From Squalus acanthias (Eukaryota), in assembly GCA_030390025.1 (NCBI GenBank), contig CM059432.1:61196001-61260000 (forward strand): a stretch of 64,000 nucleotides of DNA. The letters are read 5' to 3'. The notes beneath the pieces were generated by a model. The model was not told the DNA's origin. It worked only from the letters and a program-made list of their open reading frames with translations, and did not search any database. The position numbers and the translations under genes are program-made. Positions 36,741-50,078 of the stretch are shown piece by piece (the first letter of the stretch is position 1; each line of letters starts with the position of its first letter).

Positions 36741-38979
36741 TCTATTACTTTCCTCTGACCACATCCCTCCTTCCAATCTCACCCTTTATCGTGTTTTCAC
36801 TATCCCCTCTGACCTTCCCCTCTCTGAACCCGAATGATCAGACCTCAGCAATGGCCTCAGCTTCATCCCTTACGCCCCCCCACCTCAACGAATTTCGAGC
36901 TCGACGAGATGCTGAGCTCTTCTTCCATCACCTTCGTCTCCGCACCCACTTCTTTGTCCAGACGTCTGCCCCCCGCACAGTGGACCCTTTCTCCCGTCTT
37001 CAGAACTCTCGTTCCACCTGGACCTCTCCCTCTGGCCTCTTACCTTCTCTTGATCTTTTCATTGGGAACTCAATTATTCTGCTCCCCTCACTCACTCTAA
37101 CTTACCTCCCTCTGAACTTGCAGCACTCCGTTCTCTCAAGTCTAACCCTGACACTGTCATTAAACCTGCTAACAAGGGCGGTGCTGGTATTGTTTGACGA
37201 ACAGATCTCTACCTGGTGGAGGCTGAACACCAACTTTCCGACACCTCCTCCTACCTCCCCCTGAACCACGACTCCACCACCGAACATCAAGCCATGGTTT
37301 CCCAGACTGTCACTGACCTCATCTCCTCAGGAGATCTTCCCCGCATAACCTCCAACTTCACAGTCCCGCAACCCCACACAACCCGCTTCTACCTCCATCC
37401 CAAGATCCACAAACCGGCCTGCCTGGAAGACCCATCATTTCAGCTTGTTCTTGCTCCACCGGAACATTTTTCTTCCTATCTCGACTCTATTTTTCTCCCC
37501 TTGTCCAGTCTCTCCCGACCTACATCCGCAACTCTTCTGACGCCCTCCGCCACTTTAACAGTTTGCAGTTTCCTGGCTCTAACCGTCTCCTTTTTACTAT
37601 GGACGACTGGTCCCTCTATACGTCCAACTCCCACCAGGACAGCCTGGAGGTCCTCCGCTTCTTCCTAGAAAGGAGATCCAACCAGTCCGCATTCACCACC
37701 CTCCTCTGCCTGGCTGAACTGATTATTACATTGAAAAACTTCTCATTTGACTCCACTCATTTCCTATAAATTAAAGGCATCACTATGGGAACACATAAGA
37801 GTCCAGCTACGTCTGCCTTTTTGTGGGATACGTGGAACATTCTTTGTTTCAGTCCTGCTCAGGTCCACTCCCTCACCTCTTTTTCCAGTACATTGATGAC
37901 TGTATCAGTGCCGTTTCATGCTCTCGCCCTGAACTAGAAAATGCCATCAACTTTACTTCCAATTTCCACTCCTCCCTTGCCTTCACATAGTCCATCTCCG
38001 TCTCTTCCCTTCCTTTCCTCGACTTCTCTGTCTCCATTTCTGGAGATAGGCTATCGACCAATATCTACTATAAGCCTACCGACTCCCACAGCTACCTTGA
38101 TCACACTTCCTCCAACCCAGTTTCCTGTAAGGACTCTATTCCATTCTACCAGTTTCTCCGTCACATCTGTTTTGACCTTGCCACCTTCCATACCAGAGCT
38201 TCCAATATGTCTTCCTTTTTCCTCAACCGAGGATTCCCCTCCACTGTGGTTGACAAGGCCCTCGACCGTGTCCATCCCATTTCCCACACTTCTTCCCTCA
38301 CTCCTTTGCCTCCCTCCCAGAACCACGATAGAGTCCCCCTTATCCTCACCCTCTACCCCACCAGCCTCCACAATCAACGGATCATCCTCCACCACTTCCA
38401 CGACCTCCAGCGCGATGCCACCACCAAACAAATCTTTCCCTCCCCTTTCAGCATTTCGACGGGACCGCTCCCTCTGCGACACCCTGATCTACTCTTCCAT
38501 CACCCCCAACACTGGTTCCCCTATCCCACGGCACCGTTCTGTGCAAACACAGGAGATGTAAAACCTGCGCTTTCACCTCCTCCCTTCCCACCATCCAGGG
38601 TCCCAAACACTGCTTCCAGGTGAAACAGCGATTTAGTCGCACTTCTTTCAATTAGTATACTGTATTCGCTGCTCACAATGCAGTCTCCTCTACATTCTCC
38701 GTCCCACTCTAACCTCTCTGTCCTCGGCCTCTTACACTGTTCCAATGAAGCTCAGAGGAAGCTCAATGAACAGCACCTCATTTTCGATTAGGCACTTTAC
38801 AACTTTCCAGACTCAACATTGATTTTAATAACTTCATATACATAACCACTGCTCCCATTTTTTCGGACAGCAGGTGCTGGTAATGGTTCTGCAGTTGACA
38901 TTTGCAGCTCCTCCATCCCCCATCATTAGTTTCTTTACTTATCCCATTACTATCCCTTTTGCCTTGCACCATCACCCTT

Positions 38980-40682
38980 TTTCTTCCCCTAGCCCACTGG
39001 GCCAAACTTCCGCTAAGGTCCCCCCCTGCCCTAGCCCCGATCTCCCCTCATAATCTCTCTGCGCTCATCTTGTCTATGAGACCCACCTCCTGCTCCCTCG
39101 ACCCTATTCCCACCAAACTGCTGACCACCCAACTTCCTTTTCTGGCTCCCATGTTAGCTGATATTGTCAATGGTTCTCTCTCCACAGGTACTGTCCCCCT
39201 CTCCCTCAAATCTGCCCTCATCACCCCTCTCCTCAAAAAACAAACCTTGATCCCTCCGTTCTTGCAAACTACCGCCCCATCTCCAACCTCCCTTTCCTCT
39301 CCAAAGTCCTTGAACGTGTTGTCACCTCCCAAATCCATGCCCATCATGCAATTCCTTGTTTGAATCCCTCCAATCAGGTTTCCGCCCTTGCCACAGTACC
39401 TGAAACGGCTCTCAACAAAGTCATAAATGACATCCTTTGTGACTGTGACAAAGGTAAACTGTCCCTCCTCGTCCTTCTTGACTTGTCTGCAGCCTTTGAC
39501 ATGGTTGACCACTCCATCCTTCTCCAACGCCTCTCCACCGTCGTGCAGCTGGGTGGGACTGCACTCGCCTGGTTCCATTCTTATCTATCTAATCGTAACC
39601 AGAGAATCACCTGCAATGGCTTCTCTTCCCGCTCCCGCATCATTACCTCTGGTGTCCCCCAAGGATCTATCCTTGGCCCCCTCCTATTTCTCATCTACAT
39701 GTTGCCCCTTGGCAACATCATCCGAAAACACAGCGTCAGTTTCCACATGTGCGCTGATGACACCCAGCTCTAGCTCACTACCTCTTCTCTCAACCCCTTC
39801 ACGGTGTCTAAATTGTCAGACTGCTTGTCCGACATCCTGTTCTGGATGAGCAAAAATTTTCTCCATTCGGTCCCCGCCACAAACTCCAATCCCTAGCCAC
39901 TGACTCCATCTCTCTCCCTAACATCTGTCTGAGGCTGAACCACACTGTTCACAACCTTGGTGTCATATTTTACCCTGGAATGAGCTCCCGACCACATATC
40001 CACAGCATAACAAAGACCACCTACTTCCACCTCTGTAACATCGCCCGTCTCCACCTTTGTCTCAGCTCATCTGCTGCTGAAACCCTCATCCATGCCTTTG
40101 TTACCTCTAGACTTGATTATTCCAATGCACTCCTGGCTGGCCTCCCACATTCCACCCGATGTAAACTTGAGGTCATCCAAAACTCAGCTGCCCGTGTCCT
40201 AACTCGCACCAAGTCCCGTTCGCCCATCACCCCTGTGCTTGCTGACCTACATTGGCTCCCGGTTAAGCAACGCCTCGATTTCAAAATTCTCATCCTTGTT
40301 TTCAATTCCTTCCATGGTCTCGCCCCTCCCTATCTCTGTAATCTCCTTCAGCTCCACAATCCCCCGCGATATCTGCGCTCCTCTAATTCTGCCCTCTTGA
40401 GCATCCCTGATTATAATCGCTCAACCATTGGTGGCCGTGCCTTCTGTTGCCTAGGCCCTAAGCTCTGGAATTCCCTGCCTAAACCTGTCCGATCGCTACC
40501 TCTCTTTCCTCCTTTAAGACGCTGCTTAAAACCTACCTCTTTGACCAAGCTTTTGGTCACCTGCCCTAATTTATCCTTATGTGGATCGGTGTCAAATTTT
40601 TTGTCTTAAAATACTCCTGTGCAGCGCCTTGGGACGTTTTACTATGTTAAAGGCGCTATATAAATACAAGATGTTGTTGTTT
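38980..40682 (+). mobile_element. 5'-truncated L2 nested in Penelope
   Basis: Same family as 20375-24900; ends in (TTG)n. Confidence 0.9.
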
Positions 40683-42017
40683 TATCATTTAATCATTCCT
40701 GCCTTCCATCTTATCACAGACCTTCCCTTTTGTTCTTTCCTCCACTCCTCATTACAACAGTGACTACACTTCAAAAAGTACTTCATGGGCTTTAAAGCGT
40801 TTGGGACGTCCGGTGGTTGCGAAAGGCGCTATATAAATGCAAGTCTTTCTTTCTTTTTACCTCCTCCCCATTCTTTCCCTGCCTCTGTTATATCTCTAAC
40901 TTCTTCCAGTTCTGACCTGAAATGTTAACTGTTTCTCTCTCCACAGATGCTGCCTGATCTGAGTATTTCTACCATTTTTTGTTTTTATATTAAAAATATT
41001 TACTTATGATATTCAATATAAATATGAAGCATAAAAGAATTTGGCAAATACTGTTGATAACAAAACATATAAATAAGATGATTAACACCAATCATGGGTT
41101 TTTTAACTGTTTGAATAAACGTGCATGAGGAAATCAACTCCTTTGTTAATGGTGAAGTGAATTCAATGCGTTGGAACTTTTTGTACCCCTTTAATCTGGG
41201 AATTGACTTGTCTTGAATCGTGATGTGCATAACACAAGCCTCACATTTCAAAGCTTTTCATCTGACCCCAGAAAAAGGTCTCAGAATGAGCTGCTGAACT
41301 GGAAACCCTTCCAGTTTTTAAAACTTATTTCGCTTGATGTTAGGTTTATTCTATCTGATTAACATTGGAAGTTGCTTTTGGATGTTTACGTGTGTTCCCA
41401 GGCAAACAGGCCAAGCTTATAACAGCATAATATAAATTAACAATATAACTAGCTTACTACAGTACAACATTTAACTAAACACCGAATCCTACAGCAGCTA
41501 AGCCACATTTTTGCCTGCACAGCTTCATTCCATTTATATGTTACCAGACAAACATTCATCCAGGATAGAGGAACAAGCTGTTAGTTATACTTAGGCTTTG
41601 TTTAGTAATTCAAAACAGCAATCACCGTCCAAACTTTTGAAACTGTCACAAGCAAATCCACACATTTACAGCTCATAGGGGGAAGAATTCGGTAGCTTAG
41701 CACCTCATGTTAGCACCTGGCGGGGGTGCTAATGGGGCGCTGAGGCAGTAGCACCGCAGTGAAGTGAATCAAGCGACGCATGCCAAATCCGGCCCCCCCC
41801 CCCCCGCCGTAGCACCGTTGCTACGAGTTACCGCCGGGGACCTCAGCGCCAGGCAGATCGTGACATCAGTGAGCACCCGATATGCAAAATTGATTGTCGC
41901 CCCCGTCTTAGCACCTCGCCCCAACAGCATCAGTGAGAGGTGGCATCAAGCAGGCGGATGCCGGCTCCAGGGGCGCTACTTAAAGGGATCATGAGTAATG
42001 AGTCGCAGCTGTCATAT

Positions 42018-44992
42018 TAGAATCATAGAATCATTACAGCACGGAAGGCGGCCATTCGGCCTGTTGAGCCCATGCTGGCTCTCTGCAAGACCACCTCAGC
42101 TAGTCCCACACCCCCACCCTTTCCCCGTAGCCTTGCAAATGTTTTTCTTTCAGGTACTTATCCAACTCCCTTTTGAAAGCCGTGATTGAGTTTGCCTCCA
42201 CCAGTTCAGGCAGTGCATTCCAGATCCTAACCACGCGCTGAGTAAAAAAGTTTTTTCTTATGTCGCCTTTGGTTCTTTTGCCAATCACCTTAAATCTGTA
42301 TCCTCTGGTTCTCGACCCGTCTGCCAATGGGAACAGTTTCCCTCTATCTACTCTGTCCAGACCCCTCATGATTTTGAACACCTTTATCAAATCTCCTCTC
42401 AATCTTCTCTGATCTAAGGAGGACAACCCCAGCTTCTCCAGTCTATCCACGTAACTGAAGTTCCTCATCCCTAGAATCATTCAGGTAAATCTTTTCTGCA
42501 CCCACTCTATGGCCTTCACATCCTTCCTAAAGTGCGGTGCCCAGAATAGGACACAATACTCCAGTTGAGGCAAAACCAGTGTTTTACACAGGTTCATCAT
42601 AATTTCCACGCTTTTGTACTCTATTAATGAAGCCCAGGATCCCGTAAGCTTTTTTAACTGCTTTCTCAACCTGCCCTGCCACCTTCAACGATTTGTGCAC
42701 ATATACCCCCAGGTCTCTCTGTTCATGCACCCACTTTAGGATTGTACCCTTTAGTTTATATTTTCTCTCCTCATTCTTTCTACCAAAATGTATCACTTCA
42801 CACTTTTACATAGAATCTAGGAGCAGGAGTAGGCCATTCGGCCCGTCGAGCCTGCACCACCATTCAATACGATCATGGCTGATCATTCAAATCCAGTACC
42901 CTGTCCCTGCTTTAATCCCCACAGTACACATATCCCACCCGACCCCCGTAACCCCACGTATTTAATTCCCCCTAACATATCCCATCCTATCCCCATAACC
43001 CCACATATTTAATCCCCCCCTAACACTAAGGGTCAATTTATCATAGCCAAATCAACCTAACCCGCACATTTTTGGACAGTGGGAGGAAACCGGAGCACCC
43101 GGAGGAAACCCACGCAGACACGGGGAGAATGTGCAAACTCCACACAGACAGTCACCCGAGGTCAGATTCGAACCCGGGTCTCTGGCGCTGTGAGGCACCA
43201 GTGCTAACCACTATGCCACCGTGTTGCCCTTTTCTGCATTAAATTTCATCTGCCACGTGTCCGCCCATTTCACCAGCCTGTCTATGTCCTCTTGTAGTCT
43301 ATCACTATCCTCCTCACTGTTCACTATACTTCCAAGTTTTGTGTCAGCTGCAAATTTTGAAATTGTGCCCTGTACACCCACATCCAAGTCATTAATATAT
43401 ATCAAGAAAAGCAGTGGTCCTAGCACCTACCCCTGGGGAACAACACTGTATACCTTCCTCCTGTCTGAAAAACAACCATTCACCACTACTCTCTGTTTCC
43501 TATCACTTAGCCAATTTCGTATCCATGCTGCCACTGTCCCTTTTATTCCATGGGCTTCAACTTTACTGGCAAGCCTATTATGTGGCACTTTGTCAAACGC
43601 TTTTTGAAATCCATGTACACCACATCAACTGCATTGCCCTCATCAACACTCTCTGTTACCTCATCAAAAAACTTGATCAAGTTGGTTAAACACGATTTGC
43701 CTTTAACAAATCCATGCTGGCTTTCCTTAATTAAACCACACTTGTCCAAGTGACTGTTAATTTTGTCCCTGATTATTGTTTCTAAAATCTTCCCCACTAC
43801 CGATGTTAAACTGACCGGCCTATATTTGCTGGGTTTATCTTTACACCCTTTTTTGAACAAGGGTGTAACATTTGCAATTCTCCAGTCCCTTTGCACCACC
43901 CCTGTTTCTAAGGAGGATTGGAAGATTATGGCCAGTACCTCCGCGATTTGTTCCTTCATTTTCTTCAGCATCCCATCCGGTCCTGATGACTTATCTACTT
44001 TAAGTATAGCCAGCCTTTCTAGTACCTCGTCTTTATCAATTCTTATCCCATCCAGTATCTCCTCTACCTTCTCCTTTACTATGTCTATGGCAGCATCCTC
44101 CTCCTTGGTGAAGACAGATGTAAAGTACTCATTTAGTACCTCAGCCTCCATGCGTAGATCTCCTTTTTGGTCCCTAATCGGCTCCACCCCTCCTCTTACT
44201 ACCCGTTTACTATTTATATGCCTATAGAAGACTTTTGGATTACTTTTTATGTTAGCTGCTATTCTATTCTCATACCCTCTCTTTGCCCCTCTTATTTTGT
44301 TTTTTCACTTCTCTGAACTTTTTGTATTTATCCTGATTCTCAGATGTATTCTTGACCTAACATCTGTCATACGCGCTCTTTCTCTGCTTCATCTTACTCT
44401 TTATCTCTTTCATCATCCAGGGAGCTCTGACTTTAGTTGCCCTGCCTTTTCCCCTAGTAGGAATGTACCTCGACTGTACCCGAACTATTTCCTCTTTAAA
44501 GGCAGCCCATTGTTCCACTACAGTTTTGCCTGACAATCTTTGATTCCAATTTACCCGGGCCAGATCCATTCTCATCCCACTGAAATTGGCCGTCCTCCAA
44601 TTAAATATTCTTACTCTAGATTGCCCTTTACACTATTACTATCCCAGTCTATATTAGGATAGTTGAAGTCCCCCATCATCACTACTCTATAGTTCTTGCA
44701 TCTCTCTGTAATTTCCTTGCAAATTTGCTCCTTCATATTTTTCCCTCTAGTAGGTGGCCTATAGAATACACCTAGTAGTGTAATGGCACCTCTATTACTT
44801 CTTAACTCTAGCCATAGAGATTCTGTCCTTGACCCTTCCAGGAGATCCTCTCTCTCCAGCACTGCAGCATTCTCCTCAACCAACACTGCCACACCACCTC
44901 CTATCTTTCCTTCCCTATCTTTCCTGAACACCCTATATCCAGGAATATTTAATACTCAATCCTGCCCTTTTTTGAGCCAGGTCTCCGTTATT
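42018..44992 (-). mobile_element. CR1 ORF2, degraded
   Basis: APE, RT and C-terminal fragments in ORFs 44611-44931, 43543-44187, 43211-43426 and 42100-42480. Confidence 0.92.
42808..43226 (-). mobile_element. HE1-like V-SINE with CR1-derived tail
   Basis: tRNA head GGTGGCATAGTGG...GGTTCGAATC; V-domain GTGTGGAGTTTGCACATTCTCCCCGTGTCTGCGTGGGTTTCC; tail matches the CR1 3' UTR at ~510-570. Confidence 0.88.
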
Positions 44993-45556
44993 GAACATAA
45001 GAACATAAGAAATAGGAGCAGGAGTAGGCCATTCAATGAGATCATGGCTGATCTTCTGCCTCAACTCCATTCACCGGCCCTATCGCCATATCCCTTGATG
45101 TCCTTACTAGTCAGAAATCTATCGACTTCTGCTTTGAATATACCCAATGACTGAGCCTCCACAGCCCTCTGGAATAGAGAATTCCAAAGATTCACTACCC
45201 TCTGTGTGAAGAAATGTCTTCTCATCTCAGTCCTGAATGGCCTACCCTTTATCTTGAGGCTGCGGCCCCTGGTTCTAGACTCCCCAGCTAAGGGAAACAT
45301 TCTCCCAGCATCCATCCTATCAAGCCCTGTAATAATTTTGTATGCTTCAATGAGATCCCCTCTCATTCTTCTGAATTCAAGAGAATACAGGCCTAGTTTA
45401 CTCAATCTCTTCTCATACGACAGTCCCGCCATCCCAGGAATCAATCTCGTGAACCTTCGTCGCACTCCCTCTATGGCAAGTATATCCTTCCTTAGGTAAG
45501 GAGACCAAAATTGTACACAGTACTCCAGGTGTGGTCTCACCAAGGCCCTATATAAT

Positions 45557-45776
45557 TGGACAAATGTGAGAAGTCGCACAACAGCAGGTTATAGTCCAAC
45601 AGGTTTATTTGAAATCACAAGCTTTCGGAGCGCTGCTCCTTCGTCACTTCACCTGACGAAGGAGCAGCGCTCCGAAAGCTTGTGATTTCAAATAAACCTG
45701 TTGGACTATAACCTGGTGTTGTGCGACTTCTCACATTTGTCCACCCCAGTCCAACACCGTCATCTCCACATCATGA
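45557..45776. mobile_element. Mini Penelope P2 hairpin insertion
   Basis: 90-bp inverted arms 45557-45646 / 45654-45743 (one mismatch) plus a tail; TSD CTATATAATTGGA at 45548-45560 and 45777-45789. Confidence 0.92.
45649..45685 (+). ncRNA. Minimal type I hammerhead ribozyme motif (P2), intact
   Basis: TCAC-CTGACGA-A-GGAGC-AGC-GCTCC-GAAA-GC-TT-GTGA, with palindromic AAGCTT in place of stem III. Confidence 0.85.
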
Positions 45777-48700
45777 CTATATAATTGGAGTAAGACTTCT
45801 TTACTCCTGTACTCAAATCCTCTTGTAATGAAGGCCAGCATACCATTTGCCTTCCTAATGGCTTGCTGCACCTGCACATTCACTTTCAGTGACTCATGTA
45901 CAAGGACACCCAGGGCCCTTTGAGCATCTGCATTCCCCAATCTTTCACCATTTAGGAAATACTCTGCCTTTCTGTTTTTTCTACCAAAGTGGATAACTTC
46001 ATATTTATCCACATTATATTCCATCTGCCATGTTCTCAGCCACTCACTGTGCCTGTCGAGATCCCCTTGAAGCCTCTTCACATCCTCTTTGCAACTGACA
46101 CGGCCACCTAGCTTTGTATCATCAGCAAATTTGGAAATGTTACATTTAGTCCCCTCATCCAAGTCATTGATATAGATTGTGAATAGCTGGGACCCAAGCA
46201 CCGATCCTTGCGGTACCCCACTAGTCACAGCCTGCCATCCTGAAAAAGACCCGTTTATCCCTACTCTTTGTTTTCTGTCTGTTAACCAATTCTCAATCCA
46301 TGCTAGTATATTACCCCCAATTCCATGTGCCCTAATTTTGTTCACCAACCTCTTGTGTGGGACCTTATCGAAGGCCTTCTGAAAATCCAGATACACCACA
46401 TCTACCAGTTCCCCTTTGTCTACTCCACTAGTTACATCCTCAAAGATCTCCAATAGGTTTGTCAAACAGGATTTCCCTTTCATAAATCCATGTTGACTCT
46501 GCCCAAACTTGCTATTAGTTTCTAAGTGCCCAGTTATTGCATCCTTTATAATAGATTCCAGCGTTTTCCCAACTACTGCTATGAGGCTAATAGGTCTGTA
46601 GTTCCCCGTTTTCTCTCTCCCTCCTTTCTTAAATAGCAAGGTTACATTTGCTATCCTCCAATCTGCAGGAACCATTCCAGAATCCTTAGAATTTTGGAAG
46701 ATGACAACCAATGCGTCCACTTCCAATGGCCACCTCTTTCAAAACCCTAGGATGTAGGTCATCCGGTCCTTGGGATTTATCGACTTTTAGTCCCATTAAT
46801 TTTGCTAGTACTGTTTTTTTACTAATAGTAATTTCTTTAAGTTCCTCATTCTCGCCACACCCTTGGTTTTCTCGTATTTCTGGGAGGTTTTTTGTGTCTT
46901 CCTCCGTGAAGACAGAAACAAAGTATTTATTTAATTTCTTGGCCATTTACTCATTCCCCATTATAAATTCTCCCGTCTCTGACTATAAAGGACCTACATT
47001 TGCCTTCGCCAGTCTTTTCCTTTTCACATACCTTTGGAAGCTTTTACAATCCGTTTTTATATTTTTTGCTAGTTTGTGCTCATATTCCATTTTCCCTTTC
47101 TTTATCAATTTCTTGGTCCCCCTTTGCTGATTTCTAAAAAGATCCCAATCCTCAGGCTGACCGCTTTTTCTGGCAACTTTATAAGCTTCTTCCATTGACT
47201 TAATACTAGCTTTCATTTCTTTTGTTAGCCATGGTTGGATCACTTTTCCTTTTGTGTTTTTGTGCCCTAGAGGAATATATGTTTGTTGCAAATTATGCAT
47301 TATTTCCTTGAATGTTAGCCATTGTATGTCCACCTTCATACCTTTTAGTGTAGTCTCCCAATCTACCATGGCCAACTTGTCCCTCATACCCTTGTAGTTT
47401 CCTCTATTTAGATTGAAGACCTTAGTTTCAGATTGGACTACATCACTCTCAAACTTAATCTAAAATTCAATCATATTATGGTCACTTGTCCCTAAAGGCC
47501 CCTTTACCACAAGATTATTGATTAGCCCTTTCTCATTACACAGTACCAGATCCAGAATAGCCTGTTCCCTGGTTGGTTTCTCCACATACTGATCCAGGAA
47601 ACCATCTCGCATGCATTCCAAGAATTCGTCCTCCACACCATTAGTGGTAATTTGATTTGCCCAGTCAATATGTAGATTAAAGTCCCCCATGATTACTGTA
47701 TTGCCCTTGTTACATTCACTTCTAATCTCTTTATTGATACTGTGCCCTAAATTACCATTACTGTTTGGTGGCCTATACACAACTCCCACCAATGTTTTCC
47801 GCCCTTTGCTGTTTCTTAGCTCCACCCAAACTGATTCCAGTTCTACATCACGATCTGCCAAGCCACGACATCATATTCCCAAGTGGCTATTTATGCCTGC
47901 AGCTCACCAACCTTGTTTGCTATGCTTCGTGTGTTTCCATACATACACTGTAAACCTATCTTAGACCATCCTGTGTTCTCTCTTAGTCTGACCCCACCTA
48001 ATACCTTATTATTTCTTGCTTTAGTGCTATCTGTCTCTCCCAATCCTTTGTGCCCTTTGTTTCTAATGCTACATCCTGGTGCCCATCCCCCTGCCAACTT
48101 AGTTTAAACCCTCCCCAACAGCACTAGCAAATCTCCCTGTGAGGATATTGGTCCCGGCTCTGTTGAAGTGCAACCCGTCCGGCCTGTACAGGTCCCACCT
48201 CCCCTAGAACCGGCCCCAATGCCCCAGGAATCTGAAGCCCTCCCTCCTGCACCATATCTCCATCCATGCATTCATCTGCTCTATCCTCCTATTTCTATAC
48301 TCACTCGGGCATGGCACCAGGAGTAATCCGGAGATTACTGCCTTTGAGGTCCTGCTTTTTAATCTCTTTCCTAGCTCCCTAAAATTTGCCTGCAGGGCCT
48401 CACCCCTCTTTCTACCTATGTCGTTAATACCAATATGGACCACGACCTCTGGCTGTTCACCCTCCCCCTCAGAATGTTAGTGCTGTTTCACTGCTTCCTT
48501 GTCAGTTTGGTATTGAATTAAGCTGTTGCACAGTCATTTAAAGGTTGTTTAGTATCAGGAGTGTTGTGGCTACAGCAATTAGTTACATTTATTCTCACAA
48601 CATATCAAAGTGCTACACTTGGTTACATTAATGGGGGCTGTACTGGCAGTCGACCTCGCCCTCCAGGATCTATGGCCGAGGGAGCGGAGGCAGCGAGAAA

Positions 48701-49127
48701 GATTGGAACATGTGGCCAGGGGGAGGAGAAGGGCCATGAGGGCTGCTTGAGTCATCTGGCTCCTTCTCCCTGACCTGCTGCTGCTGGCTGAGACATCTGC
48801 ACAGCCAGCAATGATGAGAATGAGGTTCTGCAGCATCAATGAACTGAAAAGAGCCTGCGGCAATGATGACTTGTGATTAGACTGCACCTGATATTGCTCA
48901 GCGCTTTGAGTTTAACGCCACTGAGCTAGGGCATTAGCACTTGATTTAGCGCTCCAATCCTTTCTTTGTGCAATGAGACTGAATTTTGCATGCAGTCTGA
49001 AGCAATAGCGCATGGCGCTAATTCTCAAACTTTTCAGAAGTTACCGCCCATTCCTGGGCTATAATGAATTTCTCCCCCATAATCTGCTCAATTTTTGTTT
49101 AGCTGTTTGTTTTAATTTCACATTTTG

Positions 49128-50078
49128 TTTTAATTCATTCACGGGATGTGGGCGTCACTGGCAAGGCCAGCATTTATTGCCCATCCTTAATTGTCTTTGA
49201 GAAGGTGGTGGTGAGCTGCCTTCTTGAACCGCCACAGTCTGTGTTGGGAAGGTACTCCTACAGTGCTCTTAGGTAGGGAGTTCCAAGATTTTGACCCAGC
49301 GACGATGAAGGAATGGCGATATATTTCCAAGTCAGGGTGGTGTGTGACTTGGAGTGGAACTTGGAGGTGGTGGTGTTCGCAGGTGCCCTTGTCCTTCTAG
49401 GTGGTAGAGGCCGTGGGTTTGGGAGGCGCTATCGAAGAAGCGTTGGCGAGTTGCTGCAGTGCATCTTGTAGGTGGTACACACTGCAGACACAGTGCACCG
49501 TGGTGGAGGGAGTGAATGTTTAAGGTGGTGGATGAGGTGTTAATCAAGTGGGCTGCTTTGTCCTGGATGGTGTCGAGCTTCTTGAGTGTACTCATCCAAG
49601 CCAGTGATGAGTATTCCATCACACTCCTGACTTGTGCCTTGTAGGTGGTGGAAAGGAGTCAGGAGGTGAGCCACTTGTTGCAGAATACCCAGCCTCTGAT
49701 CTGCTCTTGTCGCCACAGTATTTATGTGGCTGGTCCAGTTAAGTTTCTGGTCAATGGTGACTTTCAGGATGTTGATGGTGGGAGATTTGACGATGGTAAT
49801 GACATTGAATGTCAAGGAGAGGTAGTTAGATTTTCTCTTGTTGGAGATGATCATTGCCTGGCGCTTGTGTGGCGCAAATGTTACTTGCCATTTATCAGCC
49901 CAAGCCTGAATGTTGTCCAGGTCTTGCTGCACGCAGGCACGGACTGCATCATTATCTGAGGAATTGTAAATGGAACTGAACACTGTGCAATCATCAGCGA
50001 ACATCCCCACTTCTGACCTTATGATGAAGGGAAGGTCATTGATGAAGCAGCTGAAGATGGTTGGGCCTAAGACACTGC
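49128..50078 (-). mobile_element. 3' fragment of the tRNA-headed LINE family
   Basis: SVLGPTIF...FADD through the 3' UTR. Confidence 0.9.

Larger units (their letters stand above)
35003..40990 (+). mobile_element. Long Penelope P1 copy with nested CR1, L2 and a SINE tail
   Basis: N-terminus TKTRFHSHISF, RT and GIY-YIG remnants at 36740-38830, terminal region at 40683-40990. 14-bp TSD with one mismatch: TAAATATATTTACT (34989-35002) / TAAAAATATTTACT (40991-41004). Confidence 0.82.
44993..48475 (-). mobile_element. CR1 with ORF1 esterase remnant and ORF2
   Basis: VHIGINDIG (48204-48443), APE (47460-47861), RT (45731-46726) and C-terminus (45061-45579). Confidence 0.92.
41678..49078 (+). mobile_element. 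Harbinger-type MITE (41678-~42015 and ~48476-49078) split by a CR1 stack
   Basis: TIRs GGGGGAAGAATTC / GAATTTCTCCCCC; TSD ATA at 41675-41677 and 49079-49081. Confidence 0.75.
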
